Shown here: piece by piece, positions 39,501 through 49,562 of the stretch
Layout of the letters: each line of letters begins with the position of its first letter
Position numbering within the stretch: position 1 is the first letter of the stretch
Assembly: GCA_963798085.1 (NCBI GenBank)
Contig: CAWCRS010000003.1
Span: 992,001 to 1,056,000 of the forward strand
Direction: 5' to 3'
Source: an uncultured Gemmatimonadales bacterium
GTDB taxonomy: Bacteria > Gemmatimonadota > Gemmatimonadetes > Longimicrobiales > RSA9
DNA length: 64,000 bases
The notes under the pieces: model-generated
The model's input: the letters and a program-made list of their open reading frames with translations, nothing else
Told to the model about the DNA's origin: nothing
Database searches by the model: none
Translations under genes and position numbers: made by a program

Positions 39501-40322
39501 TCAGTCGCGGGCGAAGCGGTAGAGCAGGCAGCGCATGATGCGCAGCGCCGGGATGACGTTCATGGCGCGCACGGCCAGGCGAACCTTGCGGGGCATGCGG
39601 GCAAAGGCGGCGTGGCGCGTGGCGCGCACGTCGGCGACCCGCTCGAGGCGAGGCTCGAGGCGGGTGATGTCGCGGGCATCACCCAGGCCCCACTGGAAGG
39701 TGGCGCCCGTGCCGCGAACATTGAAGTTCGATCGCTGCAGCCAGCGCACGAGCTGTCGCGGGTGCACGTCGAATGCGATCCAGCCTTCGGGGAAGTGCCC
39801 GGTCAGTGCATGGAGCAGAGCCTTCAGCACCCCCTCTGTCAGGTACATCGTCACGCCTTCCGCGACGATCATGGCGGGCCGGTCGCGGGGGATGGCGTCG
39901 AGCCAGTCCAGGTCGGCAAGCGACGTCCCGATCGTGTGGTAGTCCGGGCGCTGCGGATAGAGACGCCGGCGCAGCTCGATCACGTCCGGGTAGTCCACGT
40001 CGAACCAGCGCACGCCCGGTGGCGCGGCGACACGAAACGCGCGGCTGTCCATGCCGCAGCCCAGGTGCAGCACGGTCGCGCCAGGATGCTCCGCAAGGTA
40101 CTCCCGTGTCCAGAGATCGAGCTGTGCGCCCCGGCTGGCGAACAGGAAGGCGGCGCGCGGCCCGACCTTCAGCTTCGCGAAGTCGTAGTCAATGCGCCGG
40201 ATTGCGTCTTCCGCCCATTTGTCGGGCAGAATCGCGTCGGGCGAGCGACTCTGCAGTGCCCGCCCGTACAGCGTGATGAGCATCGTCTCCTTCTCGCGGG
40301 AGAAGCTGACCTTTTCACTCAT
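39501..40322 (-). CDS. Class I SAM-dependent methyltransferase (LCM/TcmP-like)
   Basis: ETMLITLYGRA, VLHLGCGMDSR, DVDYPDVI and AEGVTMYL motifs. Confidence 0.88.
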   Translation of the reverse strand: MSEKVSFSREKETMLITLYGRALQSRSPDAILPDKWAEDAIRRIDYDFAKLKVGPRAAFLFASRGAQLDLWTREYLAEHPGATVLHLGCGMDSRAFRVAAPPGVRWFDVDYPDVIELRRRLYPQRPDYHTIGTSLADLDWLDAIPRDRPAMIVAEGVTMYLTEGVLKALLHALTGHFPEGWIAFDVHPRQLVRWLQRSNFNVRGTGATFQWGLGDARDITRLEPRLERVADVRATRHAAFARMPRKVRLAVRAMNVIPALRIMRCLLYRFARD

Positions 40323-40326
40323 CTGT

Positions 40327-40468
40327 CGGACCGGGTTCGAACTCTTTCCTTCCGGCCGCACCTGCCATGATCATGCGCCTGGCGCGCATGGCAACGCACG
40401 ATCTGCGGTCTGCCCGAGCCAGCGCCATGCGTGTACGTAGCGCAACGCAAGAATGCCAAGACGGTCCG
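40327..40468. repeat. 142-bp element, copy 4 (degenerate left end)
   Basis: CGGACCGGGTTCGAACTCTTTCCTT ... AACGCAAGAATGCCAAGACGGTCCG. Confidence 0.8.
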
Positions 40469-40474
40469 ATTGGC

Positions 40475-41002
40475 TCAGGCGCGCTGGTACTCGAAGACGA
40501 TGACTTCGCCGACTTCCGCGACCTCGGAATTGCCCACCGCTTTCATGCCGATCTTCTGCGCGACGCGGATGGATGGCGTGTTCCAGGGCGGCACGGTGGC
40601 GCGCACGGCGGTGACGCCGGGGCGGGCGATGGCCCACTCGGCAACGGCGGCGGCGGCTTCGGTCGCGTAACCCTGCCGCTCGAAACTCGGAAACACGGCC
40701 CATCCCATGAGGACGTGGCCGTTGCGGTCGGGCACCAGGCCAATGCCGGCGGACCCAACCGCCTCACCCAGCGTGCGGTCCACGGACAGCCACGCGCACC
40801 ATGTTGCCTTCTCCGGATCACCGTGCAGCATCTGGAGCAGCTCTTCCAGATGGTCTTCGAGCAGAGGCGGGACGATTCCGCCGCTGAAACGGGCGGCCAC
40901 CACGTCGAACAAGCGATCGTGGTCGCCCGCCAGCATGGCCTCGACCAGCGGCGCGGAGAACGGAACCAGCTCGAGACGCGCCGACTGCAGCGGGTCGGGC
41001 AC
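40475..41002 (-). CDS. GNAT N-acetyltransferase, RimJ/RimL-like
   Basis: LQSARLEL, RQGYATEAA and NTPSIRVAQKIGM motifs. Confidence 0.88.
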   Translation of the reverse strand: MPDPLQSARLELVPFSAPLVEAMLAGDHDRLFDVVAARFSGGIVPPLLEDHLEELLQMLHGDPEKATWCAWLSVDRTLGEAVGSAGIGLVPDRNGHVLMGWAVFPSFERQGYATEAAAAVAEWAIARPGVTAVRATVPPWNTPSIRVAQKIGMKAVGNSEVAEVGEVIVFEYQRA

Positions 41003-41014
41003 GCGCGCCCCGGG

Positions 41015-44000
41015 TCAGCGACCGAGCGGCCGCGCGGGTGGCGCCCTGAAGCGCGCCGCGTCCGCGGCCGGCATCCAGAAGAACTTCGGCAGCGGCTTCA
41101 GCTCGGGCCACACCTCGGCCATGGACTCAGCGTCGTAGACGAAACCGTTCTTCACGATCCAGTGCTGCTTTTCCATGTTGTGAATGTCCGTGAGCGGATT
41201 GTCGTCCAGCACGATGAAGTCGGCGAGCTTGCCGCTCTCGAGCGAACCCAGGTCGCGGTCGAGGCCGAGCTTCAGCGCGCCGTTGAACGTGCCGGCGCGA
41301 ATGGTTTCGAGCGGCGAGAGCCCGCCCATGGAAAGGCCCCACAGTTCCCAGAGCGCGCCCAGGCCCTGCAGCTGACCGTGCGCGCCCAGCGTTTCCAAGC
41401 CGCCCGCGTGGGTCACGTTCGCCGCGCCCTTCGACACGTCGAGGAAGTGCCACTCGTCGTCGGGGATATGCTGGTAGTGGCGCCACGCATCCAGGCCCGA
41501 TTCCGGCACATAGCGCCTTAACTTGGCGTTATCGTGGTAGTCGCCCTTGTTGTGGAAGTACTGCTCGAGCGTGGGCCCGCCGTAGCCGACAATGAGCGTG
41601 GGCGTGTAGTGCGTGGCGGAGCGGGCATACAGCTGCACGACGTCGTCGTGGATCTCGATGGGCAGTGCGTGCTCGACGGCGGAGTAGCCGTCCAGCACCA
41701 TGGTCATGTCCATGACCCAGTCAGCGCCGCCTTCCGCCGTGATCTCGACGTCGTGCTCGCGCGCGGCCTGCGCCAGCCACTGCCGCTGATCGCGGCGAGG
41801 CTGCATGTACTCCTTGAGCATGATGGGATCGTAGCCCTTGTAGCGGCGCACGATGCGGCGGGCGTCCTCGATGCCGTTGATGGGCTCGTACACGACCGGG
41901 AAAACGCTCTCCGAGCCGTAGATCACATCGCCGGTCGAGAGGATGCGCGGCCCCAGCATTTCGCCGGACTCGACCATTTCGGACTGCGGAAACACATCCA
42001 GATTGTGCGCGGACGGATCGAAGGTCGTCGTCACGCCGTAGGCGAGCTGCGCCACGTACTCCCACTTCTGCTGCGGGTGGAACTCCATGCTCGCGTAGTG
42101 CATGTGCGAGTGTACATCGATCAGGCCGGGCATAATGGTCTTGCCGCCCGCATCGACCACGGTAGTGCCGGAGGGAATCTGCACGCTGGGCGCAGCGCCC
42201 ACGCCGGTGATGCGATTGCGCTCGACGAGCAGTGTGCCGCGCTCGATCACCTCATTGCCTTTCATGGTGACGATGCGTGCGTTGGTGAAGGCCACGCGCC
42301 CTCCCGGTGCGGCGCGCGGCACCGAGATCTCGACCTTCGCGACGGTGTCGGGTGCATTGGCATCGAGCTTCTGCCGGTAGTAGGTGTCGATGAAGCTCCA
42401 GCCCAGCGTAGCGGAATCGAGCCAGTGGACGAACACGCCGCCTTCGAGCGCCAGCTTCTTCACGGGCAGTGCGCCGCCCTCGAAGTTCAGGTCGATGGGC
42501 GTCGTCGAGAACTCGGGCATGTCCACGACCACGACCGTCTCCCGTCGGCCGAAGGCGACGTGTCGGCCGTCAGGCGAGGGAATGACTTCGTCGACGGGCA
42601 CGAAGCGGAAGTGGCTTTTCTTGTCGGTGCCGTCCAGGCGTATCGAGGCCAGTGTCGTGCGCTGGCCGGCGCCGGGCGCTGCGTTGCTGCGCTCCGTGTA
42701 GAACAGCCGTGTGCCATCGGCACTGAAGCTGATAACAGGATAATAGCGGAGCGCGAAGCCGCTGTTGTAGGGCGCGGCCGTGACGAAGTGCGACTCCCCG
42801 CCCTCGACGGGCAGCCATTCGATCTCGACGTACGGTTCGTCATCGCTGAGCCCGCCGCGCAGCTCGGTGCCGCTGCCGCGGACGAAGGCCAGCTTCGTGC
42901 CATCGGGAGACCACACCGGATTCACGTAGCGACCGGGAATGGTGCTGACCGTGCGGCGCTGTTTGCCGTCGGGCGAAATGAGGCGCAGCTGCCCGAACGC
43001 CGAGTCCGACCAGGTGGTGTAGGCGATCCACTTGCCGTCGGGCGAGAACACGGGTGTGTACTCGCGCTCGCTGCTGTTCGTCAGCCGGCGCGCGCCGGTC
43101 ACGGGGGATGCGGCGTGGGCGACGACGCCCGCCGATGGGCCGTGGCCGCTGGCGCCGTTCTTCGAGGCAGGCGCCGGCGGGATCGTGCCCGGCACATCCG
43201 CGATGTACAGCCTGCCGATGGCGCTGAAGACCAGACGCCGCCCGTCGGGCGAGAGCGAGGGCCAGCGCATGATGCGCGCGGCTAACGGGCCGTCATCGAG
43301 CCGCTTCTCGAGGTGCAGCACCTGCGCGAGCTGCTGCGAGACGTGCGCGTGGAAGGGAATCAGATGGTCGCTGCCATCCGCGACATTGACGCGGTGTATG
43401 TGGCCGCCCGCGGCAATGATGACGCTGCGACTGTCGGGTGTGAAGGCATAGCCGGGCAGCTCGTCCTGGTTGCCGCTGGAATGCGGTGTTATCGGGTGCA
43501 GCAGCACGCGATCTTCGCCCGTGCGCAGGTCGCGCAGGTGCAGTGTGGTTTCCGCGTCGTGCAGGCGGCCGTACGCCAGCCAGCGACCGTCCGGTGAGGG
43601 CACCGGTCGCATACCCCCGCCGTTGGATTCCGTGAGGCGCACGGAGCGCCCGGTGTTGCGATCGAGGCGGTACACGCCGTTGGAGGCGAAGTACAGGAAG
43701 CGGCCGTCCGGCGAGAACGCGGGCCCCATGCCGCTCGCGGAATCCACCTTGAAGCCGGAGCCGCCATCGCGGTGGTAGAGGAACAGGCCCGCGGCGCCGG
43801 GACCGGACGCGCTCTTGTGCGCGATCACGTAGAGGCCGTCCGGCGTCCATGCCGGCGACTTCATGCTGTTCACGCGCTCGTGCGTGAGCGCCTTCGGCTG
43901 GGAGCCGTCCGCATTGGCGAGCCAGATGTTCATGTCGCCATCGCGATCGCTCACGAAGGCGATGCGTCTGCCGTCCGGCGAGAAGCGTGGCATGTGGTCC

Positions 44001-44305
44001 CAGTCGCGTCCGCCCAGGATGCGCGTGGCCTGGCCGCCCTCGATGGGCAGCGTGTAGATGTCGCCCAGCAGGTCGAACAGCAGTGTTCGGCCATCGGGCG
44101 ACACGTCGAGGCTCATCCACGTGCCTTCGTCCACGTCGAACTCGATGTTGCGCATCGGTCCGAGATCCGGTTTGCCGCGCGCGGAATCCGGGTGCACGCC
44201 AGCCGTGTCGCGCACCTGCGCCGCGGCCGGACGCGTGCACAAAACAGTGAAGCCGAGTGTGATGAGCGACAGTGGAATGCGAAGCGAGACGCGGATCGCG
44301 TGCAT
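41015..44305 (-). CDS. Secreted PD40/TolB-repeat protein fused to an amidohydrolase
   Basis: Multiple SPDG repeats; MPGLIDVHSH; GSLESGKLAD. Confidence 0.9.
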   Translation of the reverse strand: MHAIRVSLRIPLSLITLGFTVLCTRPAAAQVRDTAGVHPDSARGKPDLGPMRNIEFDVDEGTWMSLDVSPDGRTLLFDLLGDIYTLPIEGGQATRILGGRDWDHMPRFSPDGRRIAFVSDRDGDMNIWLANADGSQPKALTHERVNSMKSPAWTPDGLYVIAHKSASGPGAAGLFLYHRDGGSGFKVDSASGMGPAFSPDGRFLYFASNGVYRLDRNTGRSVRLTESNGGGMRPVPSPDGRWLAYGRLHDAETTLHLRDLRTGEDRVLLHPITPHSSGNQDELPGYAFTPDSRSVIIAAGGHIHRVNVADGSDHLIPFHAHVSQQLAQVLHLEKRLDDGPLAARIMRWPSLSPDGRRLVFSAIGRLYIADVPGTIPPAPASKNGASGHGPSAGVVAHAASPVTGARRLTNSSEREYTPVFSPDGKWIAYTTWSDSAFGQLRLISPDGKQRRTVSTIPGRYVNPVWSPDGTKLAFVRGSGTELRGGLSDDEPYVEIEWLPVEGGESHFVTAAPYNSGFALRYYPVISFSADGTRLFYTERSNAAPGAGQRTTLASIRLDGTDKKSHFRFVPVDEVIPSPDGRHVAFGRRETVVVVDMPEFSTTPIDLNFEGGALPVKKLALEGGVFVHWLDSATLGWSFIDTYYRQKLDANAPDTVAKVEISVPRAAPGGRVAFTNARIVTMKGNEVIERGTLLVERNRITGVGAAPSVQIPSGTTVVDAGGKTIMPGLIDVHSHMHYASMEFHPQQKWEYVAQLAYGVTTTFDPSAHNLDVFPQSEMVESGEMLGPRILSTGDVIYGSESVFPVVYEPINGIEDARRIVRRYKGYDPIMLKEYMQPRRDQRQWLAQAAREHDVEITAEGGADWVMDMTMVLDGYSAVEHALPIEIHDDVVQLYARSATHYTPTLIVGYGGPTLEQYFHNKGDYHDNAKLRRYVPESGLDAWRHYQHIPDDEWHFLDVSKGAANVTHAGGLETLGAHGQLQGLGALWELWGLSMGGLSPLETIRAGTFNGALKLGLDRDLGSLESGKLADFIVLDDNPLTDIHNMEKQHWIVKNGFVYDAESMAEVWPELKPLPKFFWMPAADAARFRAPPARPLGR

Positions 44306-44388
44306 GACGCACCTCCCGAGCGGTGGACCCCCGCGCCAAGATACGCGGCCACGCCCGGTCCGGCGACACTATCGGGACGTGCTGACGG

Positions 44389-45312
44389 CTACGAGAGGCC
44401 CAGGCGGCTCACGGGGATGCGGAAGATGTCGGCGGTACCGCGACGATGACTGGTGAAATAGAGCCAGCGACCATCAGGGGAAAGCGACGGGCCGTACTCG
44501 TACGTGTGCGAGTTGATGGGTGCGCCGAGATTCCGCGGTGCGGTCCACGCGCCATTGACGAAGCGGGAGAGGTAGAGATCGTCGCCGCCCAACCCGCCGG
44601 GCGCATCGGTAACGACGTCGATCATCCAGGTGCCATCGGGACTCACGAGCACATCGGTCTGGGGCAGCGAGTCATCGACGAGCGGAACCCTCTCTGCGCG
44701 CGCGGCCGGGCCATCGGCAAGGCGAACGCGCACGATGTCATCCGTGCCGAAACGATCGGAGGAGAAGTAGAGCACGCCGTCGCGCGTGACCGACGCGTGC
44801 ATGTCCTTCGAGCCGGGCATGCGCACAGGCGAAGGCGCGACTGCGGGTGCGGACCAGGCGCCGTCCGGTCCTCGCTGCACGAGCCACAGGTTGTAGTCCG
44901 TGATCGTGTCCTTCCCGGCGAGCGGTCGATTCGACGAAAACCAGAGCTGGCTGCCATCGGGCGAGAAGCGCGGTGCGCGATCGCCCCAGCGGCCGGAGAA
45001 CGCGACCGGACGTGGTTCCTGCCAGTCACTCTCGCCTTCACCCGCAGCGGCGCGCATGACGGTCTGCCGATTGAAATCCTTGTCGTACACGCTGAACCAG
45101 AGCGAGCCGTCGCGCGGATCGATCGCCGGGAACGTCTCGTTGCGGTCGGTCGAGATCACGCCCGGTTGCACCAGCTCGGGCCCGGCTGCGTCCGACGCTG
45201 CAACCGCAGCAACCGTCGAGACTGTCGACGCAGTGTTCGTGGCGGGAGCGCCGGAACCGCGCGTGCAGGCGAGTGCCAGGAGCAAAGCGAGAACCGGGCG
45301 CCGCAGCGACAT
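44389..45312 (-). CDS. TolB-like PD40-repeat lipoprotein
   Basis: Lipobox ALAC; PGVIST, FSPDG..LWFSSNR and NLGAPINS motifs. Confidence 0.85.
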   Translation of the reverse strand: MSLRRPVLALLLALACTRGSGAPATNTASTVSTVAAVAASDAAGPELVQPGVISTDRNETFPAIDPRDGSLWFSVYDKDFNRQTVMRAAAGEGESDWQEPRPVAFSGRWGDRAPRFSPDGSQLWFSSNRPLAGKDTITDYNLWLVQRGPDGAWSAPAVAPSPVRMPGSKDMHASVTRDGVLYFSSDRFGTDDIVRVRLADGPAARAERVPLVDDSLPQTDVLVSPDGTWMIDVVTDAPGGLGGDDLYLSRFVNGAWTAPRNLGAPINSHTYEYGPSLSPDGRWLYFTSHRRGTADIFRIPVSRLGLS

Positions 45313-45398
45313 CCATGCCTCGCAGCAGAAGGGAGCATCGAGTACACGGAACGCCGCGCGTAGATCCGGCGCGCGTCGCACGACACAGCAGGAACGTT

Positions 45399-45626
45399 CT
45401 AGAACACGCTGCGCAGCAGCAGCAGGAATCCCACGATGATCAGCGGTACGCCAATGGGCAGCAGGATCACCGTGATGGAGAGCAGGAAGCCGACGCAGAG
45501 CAGGGTCAGTCCGAGGACGACCCCGACCAGGCGGCCGGTGAGGCCCAGAATGAAGGCCAGCAGGTCCCAGAGAGCGGCGATGGGCCAGAAGATCCAGGGC
45601 GCCGATGCGCGAGCGCTTCTACTCAT
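45399..45626 (-). CDS. Small hydrophobic membrane protein
   Basis: 75-aa ORF, almost entirely hydrophobic. Confidence 0.7.
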   Translation of the reverse strand: MSRSARASAPWIFWPIAALWDLLAFILGLTGRLVGVVLGLTLLCVGFLLSITVILLPIGVPLIIVGFLLLLRSVF

Positions 45627-45738
45627 CGTTCATCCGTTGCCAGTGTGGCTCCAGCCGCAGGCGGGCAGATGCGCCGCGCCGCCATCGCGGTCACGTCATC
45701 AGTACGCGCGCAGACGGCCGCGGTTTCCGGCGACCGGC

Positions 45739-48402
45739 TCAGTCGGAGCGCAACGCGGCAATGGCCTCCACTTTCGCCGCGCGCAGCGCGGGCAGTGCGC
45801 TCGCCAGCACGGCGGCCAGCAGCAGCAGCAGCGTCACGGTCGCCAGCGTCAGCGGGTCGGTGGCAGTAACACCGAACAGCAGATTATCGAGCACGCGCGT
45901 GCTGGCCAGTGCGGCCAGCGTGCCCAGCGCCACGCCCGCCACAGTCAACCGCACACCCTCACCCACGACCATGCGCACCAGGCCGGCGGCGGTGGCGCCC
46001 AGCGCAGTGCGCACGCCCAGCTCGCGCGTGCGCTGCGCCACCGTGTACGAGACGAGACCGTAGATGCCCACCGCGCCCAGCAGCAGGGCACAGAGCGCAA
46101 GGATGCCGAGCAGCGATGTGGCCGAGCGACGCTGCTCGCCGATGCTGCGTGCGGCCAGATCGGCCAGCGTCGTAACCTGGAATACGGGCAGGTCCGGATC
46201 GAGCGCGTGCACCTGATTGCGCACCAGCGGGAGCATGCGCAGCGGCTCGGCCGCGCGCAGCACGACCGTCAGCTGGCTGATGGGCAGACCCGAAGTCAGG
46301 CCGCCGCTGGCCCAGGGCCAGTAGAGTGTGGGTCGGGACGGGTGTTCCGGCCCGAACTCGCTCAGGTCGCTCACCACGCCCACGATCTCGAACGTCGCGC
46401 CGCCATCAGGGAAGCCCACACGACGGCCCAGTGCATCGCCCTCAGGGAACAGCAGGCGGGCTAACGCCTCGCTAACCACCGCCACACCGGCGCCGCGGCG
46501 CATGTCCGCGTCCTGCAGGAGCCGTCCGGAGCGCAGACGGATGCCGACGGCGGCAAAGAATCCCGGCGTCGCCTCACGCATTTCCACGAGCGTGGGCCGC
46601 ACATCCCGGCCGGGCAGCACGATTTCACCATTGGTGCCGCCGGCCAGCGGCCGCCGGGTGGTCGCACCCACCGCTTCCACGCCCGGTGTCGCGGCCAGGG
46701 AGCCGAGGAGCGAATTGTAAAAGCCTGTTATCGCCTCGGCGGAGCCATAGCGGGCGGCAGGCAGTCCAATGTCGAAGATGAGCGCGCCGCGCGCGCCAAT
46801 GCCGAGGTCGATACGCGACAGCTGGCGCGTCGTGCGCAGCAGCAGGCCGGCGCCCGCAGCCAGCATCACGGCCAACGCGATTTCCGTCACGACCAGCCCC
46901 CGCCGCATGCCCTGCCGGCCGCCCGCAGTACCGCGACCACCGGCGCGCAGGCCGCCGCGCAAAGCGCCGCCACGCAGCTGCAGCGCGGGCAACAGTCCGA
47001 CCAGCAGCCCGGCGAGCAGGGAGAGCAGCGCGGCGAACAGCAGCACGACGCCATCCATGCGGATGGCGTCCGCGCGCGGAATCGTGCGCGGGTACAGGCG
47101 CAGCAACAGGCGAGTTGCCCACAGCGAGAACAGCAATCCACCCAGGCCGCCGGCCAGCGCGAGCACCAGGCTCTCGGCCACGAAGTGGCGCAGGATCCGC
47201 AAACGTCCGGCGCCCAGAGCCGCGCGCACCGCCAGCTCGTGCCGCCGGTCCTGCGTGCGCGCAATGGCCAGGCCCGCAACGTTGACGCACGCAATGAGCA
47301 GCAGCAGCAGTGTGCCGCCCGCGAACAGATTCAGCAGGCGACGACTCCTCGCCACGCTCCACTCGCTGAATGAGCCGACCGCGCTGCTCCAGCCTTCGTT
47401 CGCCTGCGGATAATCCGCCGCCAGCCGTGCGAACAGCGTTTCCAGTTCAGACCTGCCCTGCTCGACCGTCACACCAGGCCGCAGCCGGCCGACACCATTG
47501 ATCCTGCGGGCGCGACGCGTGGACCGCAGCTGCGCATCCCAGTGGAACGGCGTCCAGAGGCGAGGCGACGAGGGAAAGGCGAGGGCGCGCGGTAACACGC
47601 CAATAACAAGGTGCGGCACCTGGTCCACGATGACGCTATGGCCGACCACCGATGCATCCGCACCGAACTGCTCGCGCCACAATTCCTCGCTCAACAGCAC
47701 CACCGGCTGGGCGCCCGGCAGGTCATCGGCGGCAGCGAGGTCACGGCCGAGCAGCGGGTGCACACCGAGCAGCCCGAAGAAGCCGGGCGACACGTTCATG
47801 CCCAGGATTCGCTGCGGGCCGAGCGCGCCGGTCACGTTGTACTGAGTGTAGCCGAACGCTTCCAGACCGGCGAACTGATGCGCACGCTCGCGGAGATCCA
47901 GGAAGTTGGGCACCGACATGGATGAATAGGCGACCGGCGAATCCTTCAGGCCGCGATCGCCGATGCGCACGAGCTGCTCGGGGTGCGCGTACGGCAGCGG
48001 CCGCAGAAGCGCACCCCACAACACCGTGAAGATGGCCGTGCCCGCGCCCGTGCCGAGTGCGAGGGTGCCGGCCGCCGCCAGCGTGTACGCGGGTCGGCGC
48101 AGCAGCGCCCGCGCCGCCTGCCGCGCATCCAGAAGCCACGCGTCCAGCATGATGTCACTCCGTTTGCGTTTTTCGTGCGGCAACACCGCATTGCGGCGCA
48201 GCCAGCGCCAGGCGCGCGCGCCGAGATAACCGGCTGTCAGGCTGATCGCGACGGCGAGGAACCAGAGCGGCCGCAGCGCGAGCGGGCGGAAACGGGTGTA
48301 GTCCTCGTGCAGATCGCCCAGAATGCTGTCCGCGAGTGTCGCATCACGAGGCAGACTCCAGCGCACCAGCGCCAGCAGCCAGCGCGGCGGTCCAGCACTC
48401 AC
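45739..48402 (-). CDS. ADOP-type duplicated MacB/FtsX ABC permease
   Basis: LLRPLPY, LLIACVNVA, ELAVRAALGAGR and RTRELGVRTALGA motifs; N-terminal ILGDLHE. Confidence 0.9.
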   Translation of the reverse strand: MSAGPPRWLLALVRWSLPRDATLADSILGDLHEDYTRFRPLALRPLWFLAVAISLTAGYLGARAWRWLRRNAVLPHEKRKRSDIMLDAWLLDARQAARALLRRPAYTLAAAGTLALGTGAGTAIFTVLWGALLRPLPYAHPEQLVRIGDRGLKDSPVAYSSMSVPNFLDLRERAHQFAGLEAFGYTQYNVTGALGPQRILGMNVSPGFFGLLGVHPLLGRDLAAADDLPGAQPVVLLSEELWREQFGADASVVGHSVIVDQVPHLVIGVLPRALAFPSSPRLWTPFHWDAQLRSTRRARRINGVGRLRPGVTVEQGRSELETLFARLAADYPQANEGWSSAVGSFSEWSVARSRRLLNLFAGGTLLLLLIACVNVAGLAIARTQDRRHELAVRAALGAGRLRILRHFVAESLVLALAGGLGGLLFSLWATRLLLRLYPRTIPRADAIRMDGVVLLFAALLSLLAGLLVGLLPALQLRGGALRGGLRAGGRGTAGGRQGMRRGLVVTEIALAVMLAAGAGLLLRTTRQLSRIDLGIGARGALIFDIGLPAARYGSAEAITGFYNSLLGSLAATPGVEAVGATTRRPLAGGTNGEIVLPGRDVRPTLVEMREATPGFFAAVGIRLRSGRLLQDADMRRGAGVAVVSEALARLLFPEGDALGRRVGFPDGGATFEIVGVVSDLSEFGPEHPSRPTLYWPWASGGLTSGLPISQLTVVLRAAEPLRMLPLVRNQVHALDPDLPVFQVTTLADLAARSIGEQRRSATSLLGILALCALLLGAVGIYGLVSYTVAQRTRELGVRTALGATAAGLVRMVVGEGVRLTVAGVALGTLAALASTRVLDNLLFGVTATDPLTLATVTLLLLLAAVLASALPALRAAKVEAIAALRSD

Positions 48403-48728
48403 TCGAGCACATCCTCCAGCCCTGACCAGAGCTGCTGCAGCATGCGTCGCGATCGGCGCAGGGCCGCGATGCCGCGCGCGCTGACCGTGAACAGCCGCCG
48501 CGCATGCCCGCCGCGTTCCGGCCCGCCCGCTTCAACCGACCAGCGCACATAACCCTTGGTTTCCAATCGCTCGAGCGTGCGATACAAGGCGCCTCGCGCC
48601 ACCCGCCGCCCCGTCACGCGTCCCAGCTCCTCACGCAACGCCAGCGCCTGCGCCGCGTCGCCGAGCCGCAGCAGCGTGAGCAGCACCAGTTGCTCGAATT
48701 CTCCGATAACCGTGTTTCTTGGCATCAA
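48399..48728 (-). CDS. PadR-family transcriptional regulator
   Basis: GEFEQLVLL, GALYRTLERLE.KG and GGHARRLF motifs; overlaps the permease start. Confidence 0.9.
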   Translation of the reverse strand: MMPRNTVIGEFEQLVLLTLLRLGDAAQALALREELGRVTGRRVARGALYRTLERLETKGYVRWSVEAGGPERGGHARRLFTVSARGIAALRRSRRMLQQLWSGLEDVLE

Positions 48729-48900
48729 TGACTACAATAGGGACATCGATGGGCGGCCGAGGGTTGCGGGGCTGGAGGTTGCCCAGGGGTGAGTGGGGGC
48801 CGGGCAGGGGAGGCAGGAGCTGTGGCTCGGGGGGTTGTGGTGGCTGGTATGCGGGGCGCCGCCTTGAGGTGGGGGAGGGAGGGCGCAGAGGAGGACGCGA

Positions 48901-49004
48901 GAGAGTGAGGACGCGAGAGTGAGGACGCGAGAGTGAGGACGCGAGAGTGAGGACGCAAGGAAGCGCGCGGACCAGGGCCCAAAGGCGGGCGAGAGTGAGG
49001 ACGC
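48901..49004 (+). repeat. 14-bp tandem repeat GAGAGTGAGGACGC, four copies plus a detached fifth
   Basis: Exact copies at 48901, 48915, 48929, 48943 and 48991. Confidence 0.95.
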
Positions 49005-49197
49005 GAGGGAGGGTTGGACCAGGGGGTGGCAGTGGAGGGCGCGGAGGAGTCGGAGAACGACTGTTCTCACACGGTGGACACAGGGTCAACGGAGGGGCGT
49101 GTTTCCTTGGAGGGTGAGGGGGAATGAGGTGAGCGGGAATGAGGTGGGGGTCTGGAGGGAGGTCTGTGGTTTCGAGTGTCGGGGCGGATGCCGATAT

Positions 49198-49339
49198 CGG
49201 ACCGTCTTGGCGTTCTTTCCTTATGTCGACTATCGCTATCCAGCGGGCCCGCGCGGGAATCCAAAGTGGCAGGTCGATTGGCAACGGAGTCGGTGTCATG
49301 CTGGAGCACGCCACAACGCAAGAACGCCAAGACGGTCCG
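49198..49339. repeat. 142-bp element, copy 5
   Basis: CGGACCGTCTTGGCGTTCTTTCCTT ... AACGCAAGAACGCCAAGACGGTCCG. Confidence 0.9.
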
Positions 49340-49562
49340 ATAACAGGGCAATTCCTTTCCATACTATATCGCGATCCGTCACAGTTGGCGGGGTGTCCGT
49401 CACGCAGGGGTGTGCAGAATTGCGTGGGCGGGCGAAGTTGGGCACGCGGTGGAGCGGGCCGGCCATTGCGGGGGCTGCGTACGGTGTGGTGGTGATGGGG
49501 TCGGGATCGTCTGGCGGGTTCCTGCAGGGGTGAAGAAACGGCGATCGAATGCGGAGGCAGGC

